Shown: positions 58,300 to 64,000 of the stretch, one piece after another
How the letters are laid out: each line of letters opens with the position of its first letter
Numbering within the stretch: the first letter of the stretch is position 1
Origin: Eledone cirrhosa
Taxonomy: Eukaryota
Length of the DNA: 64,000 nucleotides
Assembly (NCBI GenBank): GCA_964016885.1
Contig: OZ024744.1
Location: 74,586,001-74,650,000, forward strand
Direction: 5' to 3'
Notes under the pieces: generated by a model
Database searches by the model: none
What the model was told of the DNA's origin: nothing
Seen by the model: the letters and a program-made list of their open reading frames with translations, nothing else
Position numbers and translations under genes: made by a program

Positions 58300-58389
58300 A
58301 TTTAGGAGCAGTTTAGGTATGATACATTTTATTACTAATTATATCTAAATGTTTCTTCTCTCTTCATAATGTATATATATATATATATA

Positions 58390-58788
58390 TATTCAGTAAT
58401 TAGGAGTATTCCAAAGCTTGGTAGAACAAGTTGTGAGGAAAGTTCTCAACATACGTTAAGGTGACTCAACGGGTTGGTAGGGATTCTGTAGTGGAAACAC
58501 GAACAAACGGGGAGTGTAATCAAAAAAGAGTAATAGGACGAAGGTAAACAGTTACAAAAGGATTTAATCCACGTATTAACAATTGTTTCATCAGAATTTC
58601 AGTCCATTATTGCTACACTATGTGATAATAGGCAATCAAGAAAGATACTGTAGCATCCGAATTTTCAAAATACAAAGTTGGAATGACCTGAAATGAACTG
58701 AAATGGACTGAAATTCTGATGAAACAATTGTTAATACGTGGATTAAATCCTTTTGTAACTGTTTACCTTCGTCCTATTTCTCTTTTTT

Positions 58789-58795
<7 letters not shown>
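58390..58795. mobile_element. Short pseudo-LTR-like element with a ~90-bp inverted duplication
   Basis: About 58520-58608 is the reverse complement of about 58703-58792; flanked by (TA)n. Confidence 0.7.
58573..58673 (-). ncRNA. Type I hammerhead (U3-A8)
   Basis: GTATT-TTGAAAA-T TCGGA..TCTGA T-GAAA-CAATTG-TT-AATAC; palindromic stem III; GUU site. Confidence 0.62.
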
Positions 58796-58871
<76 letters not shown>

Positions 58872-59659
58872 GGAAGCTTAGTAAAATCGAAGCTTTGGCT
58901 GTGACTAAGCAAAACGACCTACAATTAGCATTGAGCAACAAAGCACTCAATAAGGTCAGGCCTTAGAGTAATAACATACGTTTAGACAGCTTGACAAATT
59001 GAAAATTGCGGCCATACAATATCAAAACAACGAATAAACTAACCAGGCTAGACAACATACCTGGACAAATCGAATGATATCTCCATAATTAATTTATTTG
59101 GCAATCAACGTTTATCATTGATTGACCAACGGTTAAAAATACAGATATAAATATATATATATAGTCTATCAAAGTTCTTTCATTGCACATCTGCAACATC
59201 ATCAGTGGTACTATTATTATGTTCCCTCCTATTGTAGTGTATTGTAATGTCTACGCCATTCTTTTATTTATTTATTTATTTCATATCGTCTCCGTCGCTG
59301 CGCATGCGTTTGCGTGTGTGTATAATGTTTGGTGTGTGTGTTCGCGTTTGAGTTTGTGTTTTGGTTTTTTAATTCTAAACGTTGATTGCCAAATAAATTA
59401 ACTATGGAGATATAAAAGATACAGAAGCGAAAACCAACCAAACAGTGAGTGTGTTCTGTTATTATTTCTGGCAATATTACACATGTGTGTGTGTACACAT
59501 ATATATATTTCGAATGTAGAAAAGTAACACACGAGTTGATATATATATAAATAAATAGTAGAAAGGAAAAATATTTTTTCAATAGAAAATGCTGATGAGA
59601 TTCTTTCAGTGTAATATCAGCACAGTTATTTATTTATAAAGTGCATATTTCTGCATTTA

Positions 59660-59853
59660 ATAATTGTTTCTACAATAGGCACAAGGCCAGCAATTATCCC
59701 AGTGTATTACTGGTACTTTATTTTATCGACCTCTGTTAGGATGAAAGGCAAAATTAACCTCGGCGGGATTTGAACCCCAGACTGTTAAGGGACGTAACTA
59801 TGCTAGAAAGCATGGCGTCCAACCCTCTACCGATACTGCCAATTCACCGCCCT
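59660..59853 (-). mobile_element. tRNA-derived SINE, major family, full length
   Basis: Reverse complement begins GGGCGGTGAATTGGCAGTATCGG. Confidence 0.9.
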
Positions 59854-59962
59854 TAAATTTAATACTCATTTAATACTCATTTAATAATGGTACCAGTTTC
59901 ACCATTATATGCATTGTCAACTGCAGATATGCATAATATGGTTAAGTTCCATATTTATACAA

Positions 59963-60080
59963 ATAATTGTTTCTACTTTTGGCACAAGGCCAGCAATTAT
60001 CCCAGTTGCATAACTTGTACTTTATTTTATGGACCCCGTAAGGATGAAAGGCAAAGTTAACCTCGGCCGGATTTGAACAA
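59963..60080 (-). mobile_element. SINE 3' half, major family
   Basis: B box, core and tail. Confidence 0.8.
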
Positions 60081-61004
60081 ATAATAAAAAGGGGACGAAA
60101 AATTATTAATTTTTACATACACATTTTGAGAGGAGAGTTCATATTTCTGTCTGTGTTTGTCCTTCTTTCTCTGTTAGTTAGTTAACAGAAGTGGTAGTTT
60201 TAAATGTTTCGTTTTGACTGGTAGTAGTAGGGGGAGAGGTGGGGGAGATGGTGAAGGAGGAGGAGAGGGAAGAAGAAGAAGAAAGAGAGGGGAGGAGACA
60301 GGGGATATGTGTGGTGGCAGTCTGTCGTGGTGAAAGCCACTTTCAAAAATGGCAACAAAGGTAAGCCGGGATTGGTTTGAAAGGGTTGAATGACCTTATA
60401 GTTGACCGGGTGGGGGTGGAAGGCATGATTGTTTCTAAAGAATATCTTGGTATTATCTTAAAAGAAATCATCAACATTGACTTTGTGATATTGCTGCAAA
60501 ATGATTCAGAGTTACTGAAATATTAATTCCATCTTTAGCAGAAACTTCCAGATTCAGGGGAATGGAGAAAACTTTGCCACAAAAAGGATTCAGAGTTACT
60601 GAAATACCAATTCTATTTTCAGCAGGAACTTCCAGATTCAGGGGAATGGAGCAAAGGGATTTCATCGATTCTATTACGGGAAGCAACCAACCATATATAT
60701 TGTAGGCTCATGAAGGATGAAAAAGAAGGATGACATTGGTGGGATTCAAAGCTAAAACGTACCGGGCCGTACATATTTTAAAGCATTAAGTTTTACAACT
60801 TAATGCTCCTATTTATCCGATTATTTTCGTGAAAGTCCTCAAGGACTAGCTGATTTGGGTGTTTCTACGTGATTTCTTGGTCTGCATTATATAGTTGTCA
60901 GAAGTTGCTGGAATCTTGGAGAAGGATACATTGCCAAAAGGCTAATTTGTCTAGGGTGTTAATTTTAAAGTGTGCCAGCTTTAGTTTAGTCCGAAGTGGA
61001 TGAA

Positions 61005-63700
61005 TTTAGAAGGGGTTCGTATTTGGCGATAAAATATGATTCCTTGCTAATGCGCTGTCTTTACATTTCTAGAGGGGAAAAATTCTGAAATTGGGTTGTT
61101 CATTAGATGCGCAGGTCGCAATGTGTCCACTCAGTGCTATCCTTCAGTATTCCCGTATTTTAATTTGGGATCTATTTACGGTCATACGTTGGCGGAGGTT
61201 ATTTTTAGTCTGTTCTATGTAGTGCTCTCGACAACCTGAGCAGGTCAACACATAGATAAGGTTTTCTGATGCACATGTGAAATTGTATTTAACTGTAAAA
61301 TGTGGTCCTTGTTTGAAGTGGAACACCGATTGCTCAATTAGATTGATACATATACCATAGTTGGGTCTTCCGCATTTCTTTTTACTGTAGGGTTAATTGT
61401 AAGTGTCGGCTGGTCTTTGGCCTCTGTAAGGATGTTTTCTTTTATTTGGGTTCTCTTTTTCTCTTTTGAAGGATTTGATTCATTCTTAGGTCTTTTTAGT
61501 AAAGGAATGTTCTGGAGGATGGTGTCGTATGCGTCATTGCTAAGGGGGTTGTGTGTGGAGATGTATGGTAGACTTTTCAGTTTCGAATCATTCCTTGGTT
61601 TGGTGTCCAAGTTCCTGGATGTTGAGTTTTAGGGCACGATGGAATTCATTGTTGATTAGGGATGATGGGTAATTCCTGCTAATAAGTGTGTTCTTTAATT
61701 CTTGTAGTCGTATGTAGCCTGTGTATTTATCAGATACTATTGTGTAGATCCTTTTGGTTAGGTTGTAAGGAATGCTCATTTTGGTGTGTCTATGGTGGCA
61801 TGAGTTGAATCGAAACTACTGTTTGGAGTCTGTGGGTTTATAGTATATGTCTGTTTCTATTTTGTTGGTGGGTTTCTTGATAAGGGTGTCGAGGAAAGGA
61901 AGTTGTTCATGGCTGTATTCCATTGTAAATTAAATATTTCTGTTGAGTCCATTTAGAAGGGTTTTAAATTCAATAAGTCTTTCTATACTTTCATGCCAGA
62001 GGATGAAACAATTATCCAGATATCTCTTCCAGTGTTTTCCTATATGGAGGTAGAAGGAGTTTCCGTATTTCTCTAGTACTTTTCGGTAGAAGGTAATTTC
62101 CAAGTATCCCATAACGAGGGTGGCGTAAGAGGGGGCCGTTTTCGTGCCCACGACAGTCCCTGATTTCTGTCTGTAGAATTTGGCATCGAATGAGTTATTC
62201 TCCAAGATAAATTTGAGCCCTTCTATTACGAATTCTTTTATGATGCGGTGCGGTAGTTCATTGGGGGTAATTTTCTAAGCAGAATTGGATTGCCACTATT
62301 CCTAGGTTGTGTGGGATATTGGAATAAAGGTTGACTACATCAGAAGACACTAGTAGGGTATGTTCATTATTAAGTGTTTTGGGGACGTGGTTGAGCATAT
62401 CGAGGTCGTCCCTTATGAAGCTTTTAATATGTTTCAGGATTGATTTTAACAGGATATCTAGGAAGTTGCTGAGGCGGTGGGTTTCACAAGCGGGACCTGC
62501 TATTATAGGTCTTAATTTGAGGTCGTTGGGTGAGGGGACATTGATGAATATGTCTGTGGCTTCCTTGCATGCCTTACTTACTTTTTCGCATTTGTGTATC
62601 GTAGGCATACCGTAGAAAAGGCTGGGTATGCTTTTGAAGTCAGTGATATAGTTGTATTCCTTGTCGGTAAGGGTTGTCAGATTATTTAGGTTTCCCATTA
62701 TTTTCTGTTGGCTGCATTGTGGAGCCTTTTCGTAGTATGTTTCGTCTAAAGATGAGAGTACTAGGGTTGTATAATATTCTGTCTCCATAAGAACTACCGC
62801 ACTCCCTTTATCCGCCTCTTTGATTGTTAAAGATTGTTCATTCTTTAATCTGTTCATCCCATTCTTTCTTGCTGTAGTTTGGCTTGTGTTTTTGTCAGTG
62901 TAGGTGTTGATATGGGTAATTTGTAATGTGTTCGCAGAATTAGTCAAAGAATTTGGCCTTACCATTTGATGGGGGTGTAGTTGCTTCTATTTCTAGCTAG
63001 TGAGTCGTCCTCATTGTACTTGTCGTGTAATACCTCTCTAAGTCTTAGTTTTCTACTAACTACTGATATGTCGTCCTTCATTTCGGAGTAGTTTGGACGT
63101 TGGGGTCCGGTGTAAATTTCAGCCCTTTAGAGAGTATGTTGATTTGGTCTGTTGCTAATTCTTTAGTGGTTAAATTGTTTTATTACTTTTGGTCTCTCCT
63201 GTATGTCTTGTGTCATCTCGTTTCCCTGTGTCTGTGTACTGGGTCTAAAAAATGATTAAAGTAGTTGTGATGGTTGTTGATGTTGAGTTGTCTCCTGTGG
63301 TTGTATTGTTCCCTGCTGTAGTTATTGAAGGTTCGGGTTCGTGGATGTGGGTTGATTAGAGCGTCCCTATATTTAGTGTGTGGTTGTGTGTCCCTATTTA
63401 TCATATGTGGTAGTTCTACTTTAGGGGCCCTTCGTTGCTGAATATATCGAGTGGTTTGAGTTTGATGTGTGTGGTCGTTGTGGGGGTTGTAAGAATGGAG
63501 GTTTCCTTAGTATCTCTTAGTGGGAGGTAGGATGTAATGTCCATCCTGGAGGTGATGTTTTCTTATTTCTTTGTAAGTTGCAAGGGTGTCCACGTAGTTG
63601 CAGCGCGGTTGGGTTAAGAGGTAAGGGTTAGGTGTTGCCTTCTCTTTTTAGTAGGGGAGAAGGTTGTGTTTTTTTTGTTGGTTGTTTGAAAGATTTAAAG
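61005..63700 (-). mobile_element. Penelope-like element (Neptune-like RT plus GIY-YIG), decayed
   Basis: IKEADKGSAVV, YGMPTIHK, LRPIIAG, DVVNLYSNIP, GTVVGTKTAPSYA, WKRYLDNCF, NLIYVLTCSGC..YIEQT; 5' boundary approximate. Confidence 0.9.
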
Positions 63701-64000
63701 GAAAGTAATGTTTCTCTTTGTTGAATATAAGTCACCAATTTGGTTGAGGTATATTGTCACCAATTTGGTGAAAGATGTGTTGTCACCAGATTCAGCGGAG
63801 AAGTATATTTCAGAAGTTGTAATGTTGCCACGAGGAACCAGGTTTGGTAGAAAGATATAATCGGAATATCGAAAACGACTTTTAGCTTGGTTTTACATTA
63901 TTTATTAACAGAGGTTGAGCTGGCATGCCAAGAGAAATTAAACAAACCAATTAACATTCCAGAAAGACACGGGCTACAGGCTGAGAGAAGCGTTGCCAGG

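Noticed and set aside
59170-59212. Minus-strand CTGATGA, stem II, GAAA
   Set aside because: No convincing stem III or stem I closure; at most a truncated remnant
60755-60822. Hairpin near the 3' end of the last PLE as a hammerhead
   Set aside because: A strong stem (AGCATTAAG/CTTAATGCT) is present but both core strands are unrecognisable

Overview
Eukaryotic, AT-rich, repeat-saturated DNA. The SINE families and microsatellite load suggest an octopus or other cephalopod, but this is inference. No multi-exon host gene is recognisable. Contents: (i) about 8 Tx1/L1-type non-LTR retrotransposon copies in two subfamilies, one with TC/TCTA tails and one with (ATT)n tails; (ii) three R4/Dong-type RT plus restriction-like endonuclease elements nested in (AAT)n tracts, one with an uninterrupted 862-aa ORF; (iii) several decayed Penelope-like elements (PLEs) of two types; (iv) a Helitron Rep fragment and a complete 1-kb non-autonomous Helitron; (v) many tRNA-derived SINEs; (vi) a 10x54-bp minisatellite and abundant microsatellites, which explain most spurious ORFs. 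Two results of manual reading stand out. First, about 16 type I hammerhead-ribozyme folds occur in about 9 unrelated repeat families. Four families use a compensatory U3-A8 core (TTGANAA), and two are non-coding 559-bp and 593-bp tandem/inverted retrozyme-like arrays. Second, the Tx1 elements carry a conserved 5' splice donor at the ORF1 stop and an acceptor-like TAG-NN-TGA at the ORF2 stop, which would let ORF2 be spliced out exactly to give an ORF1-only mRNA. All folds and alignments were done by eye, and none was computed or searched against databases.
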